30,182 bases of DNA from Saprospiraceae bacterium (GCA_044352635.1 JBILDL010000001.1:1-30182), one strand, 5' to 3'; positions 20,529-29,468 are shown, counted from the stretch's first letter. Program-made: numbers and translations. The notes: generated from the letters alone by a model not told the origin.

Positions 20529-22940
20529 ATGAGGGATATAATTAAAATAATAAATGCGTCAAATTTTGTTTCAAACATTTTCTGCATTATTATTTTCCTG
20601 GCTATTCCAATGATTGGATTAGCTCAAAGTTATAAAAGTTTGGTACAGAAAGGAAATGAATTTTATGATAATAAGTCTTATGCTGAAGCCCAAACATATT
20701 ATGCTGAAGCATTAAAGAAAAAGGACAATGACCTTGAATTAGTCGTAAAGTTAGGGGAATGTTTATGGCGCTGCAATAAAATGTACGAAGCTAATGGTAT
20801 TTTTTCCTCGGTAGCCACCGCTCGTAATTTGCCGTCCTCATTTTATTTATACTATGGACAATCGTTAAGAGCATCTGGTAATTACAGAGAAGCAAAAAAC
20901 ATGTTTTTGAAGTACGGCCAAATTAATCAGAGTATCGGTGATAATTTTGTGGAGTCATGTGATTGGGCAATGAAAAATGGTAATAAATCAGATGAATATG
21001 AAGTTATCAATGCTGGTTTTAATTCAAAAGAAGCTGATTTTTCGCCCGTTTCAATTCAAGGTGCTATTATTTTTTCGTCCACAAGAAATGCCAAGATTCA
21101 AAATTACAAAGCTGAAAATTATTCATCTCAAAAGGTAAGTTTACCTCCACCTGTCAGTTTCCAGGGAGTGAATAGTTCGTTAGCTCAAGTATCATTTTCT
21201 TCAAACCAATCGTTCATCGCTTATTCTCAATGGACAGTTAAGAAAAACACCAGATTAATACCAGAATCAGGTCTAAAAAGTAAAATCAAATGGGGAAATT
21301 ACCAATTTGAAAATAATAGCTTTAATATAAATGAATTACCTTTTTCCATAAATCAAGGTTTAGCTAATTACGGATATCCCTATTTATCAAACGATGGAAA
21401 TGCGCTGTATTTTTCCAGTGATATGGAAGGTGGTTATGGTGGGATGGATTTATATGTTATTTATAGAGAAGGTTCGAACTGGACGACACCCATAAATTTA
21501 GGACCTAAAATTAACTCACAGGGAGACGAAATTAGTCCGTATTTAAAAGGTAAATCCTTATTTTTTTCCTCAAATTGGCATGCGGGCTTTGGCGGTTATG
21601 ATATTTTTAATGTTAATCTTAATGATAATAATGAGTGGTCTGTCGTAAATAATTTGGGACTTCCAATCAATTCTCCATTTGACGATTTTGATTATATGAC
21701 CTTAGGAAATAGTGGCTTCTTTACCAGTAATAGAAAAGGTGGTTTAGGGGCGGAGGATATATATTCATTTAAAAAATCTTCTGCGGGTGTTGTATTAAAG
21801 GTGGTCAATGCCTTGGACGGAGCGCCTGTTTCGGAGGTTAGAATAGAGTGGGGAAATTGTTTGTCTTCTGATAAGCCACCTATGCTTACGAATATTATCG
21901 GTTTTTACAACCTGAATGAAAATATTAATATTCCTTGCACGCTTACTTTTTTAAAAGAAGGTTTTTCATCTAAAAAGATAACATTAACCCAAGCTAATAT
22001 TGATGCTGAGGAAATAACCATTCCTTTAATTAGATTAGGCGAAATTTATCTGGGTCAGATATTTGATAATCAAACTAAACTCCCTTTAGGTGAGGTAGAG
22101 GTATCCATAGAAAATTTATCTAATTCCACTAAAATGAATGCACAAAGCAGTTCAAACGGTGTTTTTGAATTTGCGTTGAAACCCAATACTACTTATAATC
22201 TTACGCTTAAAAAAGAAGGATATAAGAATTATACTAAAACCATAAAGACAACCATTGACGGACGAGACAGGACAGTTTTAGGTGAAAGTTTTTTAACGAA
22301 GGGAAGCAATAATTCCTCTCCTGACATTAAAGAGGGTCTGAATAAAGGGTTTTCTATTCAAATTTCAGCCCTTACATCTACTCCTCCAGCTAATCAGTTT
22401 AGTGACCTTTGGCGTATTGCTGACATTTATGTCAAAAGAGAAGATAATCAAGTTAAAATAAGAATGGGGGTTTTTAAAACCCAAAACGAAGTTTTAATAG
22501 CTTTAGAAAGAGTTAGACAGAATGGATATCCACAGGCATTTATTGTGGAAGAGACAAATGGACCTGGATTTACCAATTTGGTTCCAGTTGAAATGGTGGA
22601 GATAGACAAGCCCATTGAAATAACTAAACCGAGCACTCCTACAGAGGTTCAGAAACCAAGTAAGGTTGAAACACCTACATCCAGTACTACGACGGTAAGG
22701 TATAAAATTCAACTTGCTGCATTAAGAGACACCAGATTTTTTGATGCAAAAAGGGTAGCACATCTGGGTACAATAAAGGATTATCAAAAACCAAATAACA
22801 TCACGGCTAAAGTTATCGGTGATTTTTCAGAGGATAACGTTAAACAAATGTTGAGCGAAATTAGATTAGCTGGATTTAAGGATGCCTACATTGTCAAAGA
22901 AGTAAATGGCGTGTTAATTCCAGTACCTGTTTTGAAATGA
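20529..22940 (+). CDS. Exported PorE-like protein: TPR + PD40 beta-propeller + two carboxypeptidase-regulatory-like domains + two SPOR domains
   Basis: Signal peptide ending IGLA|QSY; TPR (KGNEFYDNKSYAEA..Y); PD40 repeats (YPYLSNDGNALYFSSDMEGGYGGMDLY; NLGPKINSQGDEISP; NLGLPINSPFDDF..FTSNRKGGLGAEDIY); CRD (GQIFDNQTKLPL..KEGY); SPOR (FSIQISA..GYPQAFIV; YKIQLAA..GFKDAYIV). Start uncertain (20502 or 20529). Confidence 0.82.
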   Translation: MRDIIKIINASNFVSNIFCIIIFLAIPMIGLAQSYKSLVQKGNEFYDNKSYAEAQTYYAEALKKKDNDLELVVKLGECLWRCNKMYEANGIFSSVATARNLPSSFYLYYGQSLRASGNYREAKNMFLKYGQINQSIGDNFVESCDWAMKNGNKSDEYEVINAGFNSKEADFSPVSIQGAIIFSSTRNAKIQNYKAENYSSQKVSLPPPVSFQGVNSSLAQVSFSSNQSFIAYSQWTVKKNTRLIPESGLKSKIKWGNYQFENNSFNINELPFSINQGLANYGYPYLSNDGNALYFSSDMEGGYGGMDLYVIYREGSNWTTPINLGPKINSQGDEISPYLKGKSLFFSSNWHAGFGGYDIFNVNLNDNNEWSVVNNLGLPINSPFDDFDYMTLGNSGFFTSNRKGGLGAEDIYSFKKSSAGVVLKVVNALDGAPVSEVRIEWGNCLSSDKPPMLTNIIGFYNLNENINIPCTLTFLKEGFSSKKITLTQANIDAEEITIPLIRLGEIYLGQIFDNQTKLPLGEVEVSIENLSNSTKMNAQSSSNGVFEFALKPNTTYNLTLKKEGYKNYTKTIKTTIDGRDRTVLGESFLTKGSNNSSPDIKEGLNKGFSIQISALTSTPPANQFSDLWRIADIYVKREDNQVKIRMGVFKTQNEVLIALERVRQNGYPQAFIVEETNGPGFTNLVPVEMVEIDKPIEITKPSTPTEVQKPSKVETPTSSTTTVRYKIQLAALRDTRFFDAKRVAHLGTIKDYQKPNNITAKVIGDFSEDNVKQMLSEIRLAGFKDAYIVKEVNGVLIPVPVLK

Positions 22941-22981
22941 TTTAAATACTAAATTTCTGAGTATATAATCACCTTACTTTT

Positions 22982-23029
22982 AAATTCAGCTAAATAATAA
23001 CCTTTAAGAGTAATTATTTAGCTGAATTT
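22982..23029. terminator. Probable bidirectional terminator: perfect 17-bp inverted repeat between convergent genes
   Basis: AAATTCAGCTAAATAAT (22982-22998) and ATTATTTAGCTGAATTT (23013-23029), 14-nt loop, T-rich flanks. Confidence 0.75.
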
Positions 23030-23067
23030 TATATTAATCAGTAAAGTAAAAGGCTATTATACTTTGA

Positions 23068-24183
23068 TTAGTTATAAATAGCTTCAATTGGGGTTAAAGG
23101 CAAGTCAAAAGCATCGGCTACTCCTTTATAAACCACTTTACCTTGCACAATATTGAGGCCAAGTTGAAGGGAAGGATTCTCTTTACACGCTTTTTGCCAT
23201 CCTTTTGAGGCAAGTTGAAGGGCAAACGGTAATGTTGCATTGGTTAATGCAATGGTTGATGTCATTGGTACGGCGCCAGGCATATTGGCAACGCAATAAT
23301 GTACTATATCGTCTATGATAAAAATAGGATCTTCGTGGGTGGTGGGTCTTGTCGTTTCAAAACAACCGCCCTGATCGACAGCAACATCTACGAGAACACT
23401 TCCCGGTTGCATGTCCTTTAGCATATCTCTGGTAATTAATTTTGGTGCTTTTGCCCCTGGAATAAGTACAGCGCCAATAATTAAATCATGGTCTTTAATT
23501 AACCTTCTGATATTATATTCACTTGAATATAGGGTTGTTACATTAGAAGGCATGGTTTCTGAAAGATATCTTAATCTATTCAGGTTAAGATCTAAAATAG
23601 TAACTTTAGCCCCAAATCCTGCGGCCATTCTGGCAGCTTGCATACCAACAATGCCACCACCTAACACCATCACTTTGGCAGGTTCTACCCCTGGAACACC
23701 TCCTAATAAAATACCTTTACCTTTTGCTGGTTTCTCCAAAAATTTTGCCCCTTCCTGAATGGACATTCTACCTGCCACTTCTGACATAGGTATGAGTAAT
23801 GGGAGCGATCCGTCAGCTTGTTCTACGGTTTCGTAAGCAAGGCAAATGGCCTTCTTTTCTATCATTGCCTTTGTTAAGGTCTCATTGGATGCGAAATGAA
23901 AATAAGTGAAAAGGAGTTGATTTTCTCTAATCAGATTATATTCCTCCTGAATCGGTTCCTTTACTTTAATAATCATCTCTGCTTGCTGATAAACAGAGGC
24001 AATATCTGGTAAAATTTCAGCCCCGGCATCTATATAGGCACTATCGCTAAAACCGCTGCCTAAACCAGCGTTGGTTTGTACATAAACAATGTGACCTTTT
24101 TTTATAAAATCTAACACCCCGCCTGGAGTTAATGCTACTCTGGCTTCCTGAGCCTTGATTTCTTTTGGTACGCCAATTTTCAT
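23068..24183 (-). CDS. ald: Alanine dehydrogenase
   Basis: IGVPKEIK..EARVALTP, KVKEP, FTYFHFA, PLLIPMSEVAGR, GGGIVG, VDVAVDQGGC, YCVANMPGAVP. Confidence 0.97.
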   Translation of the reverse strand: MKIGVPKEIKAQEARVALTPGGVLDFIKKGHIVYVQTNAGLGSGFSDSAYIDAGAEILPDIASVYQQAEMIIKVKEPIQEEYNLIRENQLLFTYFHFASNETLTKAMIEKKAICLAYETVEQADGSLPLLIPMSEVAGRMSIQEGAKFLEKPAKGKGILLGGVPGVEPAKVMVLGGGIVGMQAARMAAGFGAKVTILDLNLNRLRYLSETMPSNVTTLYSSEYNIRRLIKDHDLIIGAVLIPGAKAPKLITRDMLKDMQPGSVLVDVAVDQGGCFETTRPTTHEDPIFIIDDIVHYCVANMPGAVPMTSTIALTNATLPFALQLASKGWQKACKENPSLQLGLNIVQGKVVYKGVADAFDLPLTPIEAIYN

Positions 24184-24263
24184 TTTGTGTATTTTAGTTG
24201 GTTTTTGAGCGACGTAAATTTAAGTATTTTAAGTCATAATCTCTATGATTTATTTTGAATTAC

Positions 24264-24271
24264 TATCTTTG
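24264..24271 (+). promoter_or_regulatory. Putative -7 element TATCTTTG for the YjjG-like gene
   Basis: Exact TAnnTTTG 20 nt upstream of ATG 24292. Confidence 0.55.
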
Positions 24272-24291
24272 ATTTATTTTAATTCCCTTGT

Positions 24292-25002
24292 ATGTTTAAT
24301 GATATTCAATTCATTTATTTCGATTTAGATGATACATTAATGGATTTTTCCTCTGCTTCTAATGAAGCTTTTGTTCGTTTAATGGAGTACTACGATTTAC
24401 CCAATGACCAACAATGTTTTGAGATTTATCAGCGAGGAAATCACCAAACATGGCAGGAATTTGAGCAAAATTTAATTTCATCCCATGAACTTAGATCTTT
24501 AAGATTTGAACGATTCTTATCCGCTATGAATTGGCATGATAAAGCTGACGCCTTTGAAATGAATGCACAGTATATATCTTTTTTGATAAATGAATCAAAT
24601 TTAATCTCGGGTGCTCTTTCATTATTAAATTTCTTTAAGGATAAAATTCCAATGGGTATTTTAACGAATGGACTTAAAGAAGCGCAAAGGCCGAGACTCT
24701 CGAAAGCTGAAATAACCCATTATTTTGATCACATTATAGTTTCTGATGAAATTGGCATGTCAAAACCTAATCAGGAAATTTTCACCCTGGCAAAACATAC
24801 ATCGGGAAATATACCCGCAGAAAATATTTTATTGGTTGGAGATAATCCATATTCTGATATTGAAGGTGCTCAGAAATTTGGATTTAAAACAATATGGTAT
24901 AATTCAAAACAGAAAGAGATACCTCAACAAATAAAGCCTACAATGACGGTAACAAAATTAGAGGACATCATTCCTTCATTTATTTTACACCCAAATATCT
25001 AG
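24292..25002 (+). CDS. YjjG-family HAD noncanonical pyrimidine nucleotidase
   Basis: FDLDDTLMDF, RSLRFERF, LTNG, SDEIGMSKP, VGDNPYSDIEGA. Confidence 0.9.
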   Translation: MFNDIQFIYFDLDDTLMDFSSASNEAFVRLMEYYDLPNDQQCFEIYQRGNHQTWQEFEQNLISSHELRSLRFERFLSAMNWHDKADAFEMNAQYISFLINESNLISGALSLLNFFKDKIPMGILTNGLKEAQRPRLSKAEITHYFDHIIVSDEIGMSKPNQEIFTLAKHTSGNIPAENILLVGDNPYSDIEGAQKFGFKTIWYNSKQKEIPQQIKPTMTVTKLEDIIPSFILHPNI

Positions 25003-25800
25003 TTTTGTATCTTGATTATTGATTTTATTAAATAGATAGGTAACGGCTTCTTTTCCTTTTTCTCCTATGTTTTCAGAATATTTGTTTACATATAAATGAA
25101 TATGTTTTCTAACAATTTCTTCGTCCATCTCTTGTGCATTCAATGTAATGTAAGGTAAACTTAGGGTAGGATGCTGGAAAGCAAATTGAATGCTTTTTTT
25201 AATTAATCTATCTACCTTTTTTTTGATCTCCTGAGATAATCCTCTTTTTATGCCAATGCCACCTAAAGGTATGGGGAGGCCAGTTTCATTTTCCCAGTAT
25301 TCTCCAAGGTCTATTATTTTATTTAACCCCTTTGATTTATAGGTAAACCTATTCTCATGAATAATTAATCCAAGATCAATGTCATGTTTTATAAGAGCAT
25401 CTTCAATTTCTGAAAAAAGAAATTCGCTGGTATTTTTGGCATTGGGAAAAGCAAAATGAAGTAAAAAATTGGCTGTTGTAAATTTTCCTGGTATGCCTAT
25501 CTTAAGATTTTCTATATCTTCGATATTGATTTCTTTGGAAGAAATTAATAATGGTCCACAATTATTTCCCAAAGCACTTCCAGCATGTAACAATTGGTAA
25601 TCTGGCATTAATAAAGCCAACGCGTGATAACTTAGTTTAGTCACGTCCAACGTGTTCTGAAAAGCTAATTGATTTAGTTTTTCTACATCTGCTAAAATAA
25701 TTTCAAACTCAAGTCCCTCTAAATCAATTCTTTTGTTAACAATTGCATCAAAAATGAAGGTATCATTAGGGCAAGGAGAAAAGCCCAATGTAATTTGCAT
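24985..25800 (-). CDS. mqnD: 1,4-dihydroxy-6-naphthoate synthase (futalosine pathway)
   Basis: LGFSPCPNDTFIF, ADVEKLN, KLSY, GSALGNNCGPLL, PGKFTTANFL, GLIIHENRFTY, DLGEYWE, PIPLGGI, HIHLYVN. Confidence 0.93.
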   Translation of the reverse strand: MQITLGFSPCPNDTFIFDAIVNKRIDLEGLEFEIILADVEKLNQLAFQNTLDVTKLSYHALALLMPDYQLLHAGSALGNNCGPLLISSKEINIEDIENLKIGIPGKFTTANFLLHFAFPNAKNTSEFLFSEIEDALIKHDIDLGLIIHENRFTYKSKGLNKIIDLGEYWENETGLPIPLGGIGIKRGLSQEIKKKVDRLIKKSIQFAFQHPTLSLPYITLNAQEMDEEIVRKHIHLYVNKYSENIGEKGKEAVTYLFNKINNQDTKLDIWV

Positions 25801-25807
25801 ATCTTTG
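25800..25807 (+). promoter_or_regulatory. Putative -7 element TATCTTTG for rluA, overlapping the mqnD start codon
   Basis: Exact TAnnTTTG 19 nt upstream of TTG 25827; its first base is part of the mqnD ATG. Confidence 0.5.
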
Positions 25808-25826
25808 TGGCTTAAATGTTAAAAAA

Positions 25827-26516
25827 TTGCAGGTAATTTACGAAGACAACCACCTTATTGTGGTAAACAAACCCGCTGGGCTATTGGTTCAAGGGGACAA
25901 AACAGAAGATGCTACTCTTGGAGATTGGCTCAAAAAATATATTAAAGATAGATATAAAAAACCTGGGGATGTTTTCCTTGGTACAGTGCATCGTCTTGAT
26001 AGACCAGTAAGTGGCGCCGTTATTTTTGCCAAAACGTCAAAGGCCTTGGTAAGAATGAATGAGTTGTTCCGGGATAACTTAATCACTAAAAAATATTGGG
26101 CTATAGTAGCGTTCAAACCGCCATCGGAAAAAGGTATAATAACTCATTATATCGCTAAAGATGAGGAAAGAAATATTTCAAAAGCGTTATCTGCTCCATC
26201 CAGACGTAACCCTGATGCTAAATACGCAGAAACTGCCTACGAACTATTTGGTATTATTGATGGTAGGTTTTTGTTGGAAGTTACCCCTAAAACGGGTCGC
26301 CCACACCAGATAAGAGTGCAACTTGCTTCTCTTAACTGTCCCATAGTAGGTGATTTAAAGTATGGGTTTCCTACGGCGTTACAAGATGCATCTATTGCCT
26401 TACATTGCCATTCCCTATCATTTATTCATCCGGTTAAGAAAACACTGATTACCATTGAAGCAGAAACGCCAGATAAACATTGGTGGAAATTAATGCGGAA
26501 TTTAACGAATAATTAA
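25827..26516 (+). CDS. RluA-family RNA pseudouridine synthase
   Basis: YEDNHLIVVNKPAG, VHRLDRPVSG (catalytic Asp), KKYWAIV, TGRPHQIRVQLA, PIVGDLKYG, LHCHSLSFIHP. TTG start. Confidence 0.93.
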   Translation: MQVIYEDNHLIVVNKPAGLLVQGDKTEDATLGDWLKKYIKDRYKKPGDVFLGTVHRLDRPVSGAVIFAKTSKALVRMNELFRDNLITKKYWAIVAFKPPSEKGIITHYIAKDEERNISKALSAPSRRNPDAKYAETAYELFGIIDGRFLLEVTPKTGRPHQIRVQLASLNCPIVGDLKYGFPTALQDASIALHCHSLSFIHPVKKTLITIEAETPDKHWWKLMRNLTNN

Positions 26517-26522
26517 AAGGGG

Positions 26523-27740
26523 TTATATTTTTGTTGATATCTCTTTTGAGATGATGTAAGCGCCTGTCCAGGCCGATTGGAAATTGAATCCTCCGGTTAA
26601 ACCGTCTATATTTAAAACTTCCCCAGCAAAATATAGATTTTCTTGTATCTTGCTTTGGAAGTTTTTAAAATTTACTTCTTTGAGAGATACCCCTCCGGCA
26701 GTAACAAATTCTTCTTTATTGGTGCTTTTTCCTTTCACGCTTAACGTTAATTTAGTCATGTTTCGTGCTAAATCCTGCGTTTGTTTTTTCGTGATGTTAG
26801 CCCATTGTTGCATTGATTGTATATCAGAGGTATGTAAAAGATACATCCAGAATCTATGGGGAATTTTATACATAACCACATTCCCCATTTGTTTTTTTGC
26901 GTCTGATTCCTTTATTTGTTTTATATCTGTTAAGACATCGTCATAGGTCTGGGATATCCAATTTACTTCGATATCAAATTCGTACTTTAGTTCATGAAGT
27001 TCAACAGCTGCCCAGGCGCTCATTTTAAGTATGGCGGGTCCACTTAAGCCCCAATGAGTAATTAATAGAGGCCCTTCAGTAGCATGTTTTAATCCTAAAA
27101 TTTTAACAGTCGCAGCAGGAAGACTAATACCTGCGAGTTCATTTAACGCCTTATCGTTCACTTTAAAAGTAAATAAAGACGGAACTGCCGGTACAATAGT
27201 ATGGCCCATTGAGGCTAAAATAGTCCATATAGACGGGCTACTTCCCGCTGTAATAATCAAGTAATCTGATAGATATATTTTATCTAAAACAGTAACTTCC
27301 CATTTTGCATCCATTTTACTTATGTCGGTGACACGACAACTAAGTTTAATATCCACATGATGCTTTTTACAAATTCTCATGAAGCATTCAATGATAGTTT
27401 CAGAAGAGTCTGTGATGGGAAACATTCTGCCGTCTGCCTCTGTTTTTAAGGCAACACCGTTTTTAGAAAACCATTCAATGGTATCTTTGGGTTGAAATTG
27501 TAGGAACGGGGCATAAAGTTCCTTTTCTCCTCTTGGATAAAACTTCAAAAGGTCTCTGGCCTCGAAACATGCATGAGTTACATTACATCGACCCCCTCCG
27601 GAAATACGAACCTTTTTTAATACCTCTTTATCTTTTTCAAGTATAGTAATTTTTATATTACTATGTTTTTCAGCGAGTAAACAGGCTGCAAAAAATCCTG
27701 CAGCGCCTCCCCCAATAATTAAAACTGTAGGTTTACTCAT
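26523..27740 (-). CDS. HI0933/YhiN/BaiN-family FAD-dependent oxidoreductase
   Basis: IIGGGAAG, KKVRISGGGRCNVT, EADGRMFP, PAVPSLF, LLITHWGLSGPAIL, EEFVTAGGV, GEVLNIDGLTGGFNFQSAW. Confidence 0.93.
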   Translation of the reverse strand: MSKPTVLIIGGGAAGFFAACLLAEKHSNIKITILEKDKEVLKKVRISGGGRCNVTHACFEARDLLKFYPRGEKELYAPFLQFQPKDTIEWFSKNGVALKTEADGRMFPITDSSETIIECFMRICKKHHVDIKLSCRVTDISKMDAKWEVTVLDKIYLSDYLIITAGSSPSIWTILASMGHTIVPAVPSLFTFKVNDKALNELAGISLPAATVKILGLKHATEGPLLITHWGLSGPAILKMSAWAAVELHELKYEFDIEVNWISQTYDDVLTDIKQIKESDAKKQMGNVVMYKIPHRFWMYLLHTSDIQSMQQWANITKKQTQDLARNMTKLTLSVKGKSTNKEEFVTAGGVSLKEVNFKNFQSKIQENLYFAGEVLNIDGLTGGFNFQSAWTGAYIISKEISTKI

Positions 27741-29383
27741 GGAAAGGTAGGGTGTTGCTTGTGGTGCTCTGTTCTCGATTGGATAAAATGGGCCAGGGCA
27801 ATAACTTGAGATTCCTGATATAAATTTCCCGTTATGGTTATACTGCTTGGTTTACCGTTTATAAAGCCATTTGGTATTACAATACATGGATGTCCCGTAT
27901 AATTGGTAATGGTCAAACTTGTTCCTCCCCAAGATGGATTCAGGTATAGATCAATTTTTGAAAAAACCTTTTCCTTCATCTCCTCCATGAGTATTTTACG
28001 CTTCCTATTGGCCTGAATATACTCTACCGCGGGAATAAATCTAGACTCTCTAAATTTATTCGGCCAGGCATTTTTAATTTGCCTTTCTAATAAATCATCT
28101 TTATTATTTCTCGTTAATTCATCGAAGGCAGCGGCTGATTCTGCTGATAAAATAGGAGATAAATAGGGGAGTTCGGGTAATTCAACGGGAATTAAATTTA
28201 TCCCTTCTTTTTTCAATAGGGCTAAAATGAGACTATCTTGCTGTTTAAACGGATAATTTCTGTCAAAAGAACTTTTTAAGTAGCCTATTTTTAATGATTT
28301 TATATTCAACGCTGCATTATAGTTGAACGGAAATTCCTGCACAGACAAATCTTTATTGTCTTTTCCCTGTATTACAGAAAACACCAAGGCACAATCTTCT
28401 GCTGTCCTGGATATTGGGCCTATTTTGTCCATAGTCCAACTCAGTGCCATAGCCCCATGTCTGCTTACCCTACCAAAGGTGGGTCTTAGTCCTGTAGTAC
28501 CGCAAACGGTAGAGGGTGAAACAATACTTCCCAATGTTTCGGTACCTATGGCAAAAGGCATTAATCCAGCGGAAACGGCTGATGCACTGCCAGCTGAGGA
28601 GCCACTTGATCCGCTTTCTATATCCCATGGATTTTTAGTAGTACCTCCAAACCAAACATCACCCCAAGCTAATGCTCCCATAGATGTTTTAGCAATTAGA
28701 ACCGCGCCTGCAGCATTTAGTTTTTGAATTACTGTCGCGTTTTCATTAATCACCTGATCCTTATATGGCGTTGCTCCCCAGGTAGTTTTATATCCCTCTG
28801 TGGCCAATAAATCTTTTGCACCATAAGGTATTCCGTGTAATAATCCACGATATTTACCAGCAGCTATTTCTTCATCTGCCTTTTTTGCTTGCTTAAGTGC
28901 CAGATCTTCTGTTACCGTTATAACACAAAATAAGCTGCTATTGTACTTTTTGATCCTTGATATGAAGTATTGAGTGAGTTCTACGGAACTGATTTGCTTA
29001 GATTTAATTAGATAGGCTAGTTCTGAAATGGAATACCAGGGAAGCTTTGCATTATCTATTTTAAATGGTTTTACCATACTTAGGGTTAATCCGGAGGCAC
29101 CTGCTTGCGATTGAAATCCCGACGGTCTGGGGTCAAAAACGAAGGCCGGTGACACGCCATTGTCAATGTCCTTTTCTCTGTTTTTACTAAATCCCTTGTA
29201 GAACTCTGACACACCAGGCAGTAAAGAATCTATCTCTTGCTCGGAAAAATGCAGCCCCATAATATTTGCAGCTTCCTTTATGGAATCACTCGTGATAATT
29301 GGTTCTATCATTTTTTCAAAAAAAGCGCCAAAAATAAAGGTGCAAACTAAAATTAAAGCTGTTGAAATGCCTGATTTTTTCAT
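27737..29383 (-). CDS. Amidase-signature (Ser-cisSer-Lys) enzyme with N-terminal signal/anchor and GatC-like segment
   Basis: Start ATG 29383, MKK + hydrophobic stretch; LHGIPYGAKDL (Lys), GSSSGSAS (cis-Ser), GTETLGSIVSP (nucleophile), GLRPTFGRV, DKIGP. Confidence 0.9.
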   Translation of the reverse strand: MKKSGISTALILVCTFIFGAFFEKMIEPIITSDSIKEAANIMGLHFSEQEIDSLLPGVSEFYKGFSKNREKDIDNGVSPAFVFDPRPSGFQSQAGASGLTLSMVKPFKIDNAKLPWYSISELAYLIKSKQISSVELTQYFISRIKKYNSSLFCVITVTEDLALKQAKKADEEIAAGKYRGLLHGIPYGAKDLLATEGYKTTWGATPYKDQVINENATVIQKLNAAGAVLIAKTSMGALAWGDVWFGGTTKNPWDIESGSSGSSAGSASAVSAGLMPFAIGTETLGSIVSPSTVCGTTGLRPTFGRVSRHGAMALSWTMDKIGPISRTAEDCALVFSVIQGKDNKDLSVQEFPFNYNAALNIKSLKIGYLKSSFDRNYPFKQQDSLILALLKKEGINLIPVELPELPYLSPILSAESAAAFDELTRNNKDDLLERQIKNAWPNKFRESRFIPAVEYIQANRKRKILMEEMKEKVFSKIDLYLNPSWGGTSLTITNYTGHPCIVIPNGFINGKPSSITITGNLYQESQVIALAHFIQSRTEHHKQHPTFP

Positions 29384-29434
29384 ACTGTTTGAGTTAATTT
29401 CCAAAATTAAAAAACTAATTCCATTTTTTCATTT

Positions 29435-29442
29435 TACTTTTG
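29435..29442 (+). promoter_or_regulatory. Putative -7 element TACTTTTG for the aspartokinase gene
   Basis: Exact TAnnTTTG 26 nt upstream of ATG 29469. Confidence 0.55.
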
Positions 29443-29468
29443 TTTATCCTTAATTAAATAATGATAGA

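Noticed and set aside
5557-29383. gatC plus the amidase as parts of one GatCAB complex
   Set aside because: The amidase has a hydrophobic export/anchor N-terminus, its own GatC-like segment and a GTETLGS nucleophile motif unlike GatA's GSDTGGS; it lies over 20 kb from gatC and no gatB is present.
6592-29468. Cobalamin riboswitch before PduO or lysine riboswitch before the aspartokinase
   Set aside because: The intergenic spaces (14 nt and 85 nt) are too short and lack the conserved motifs.
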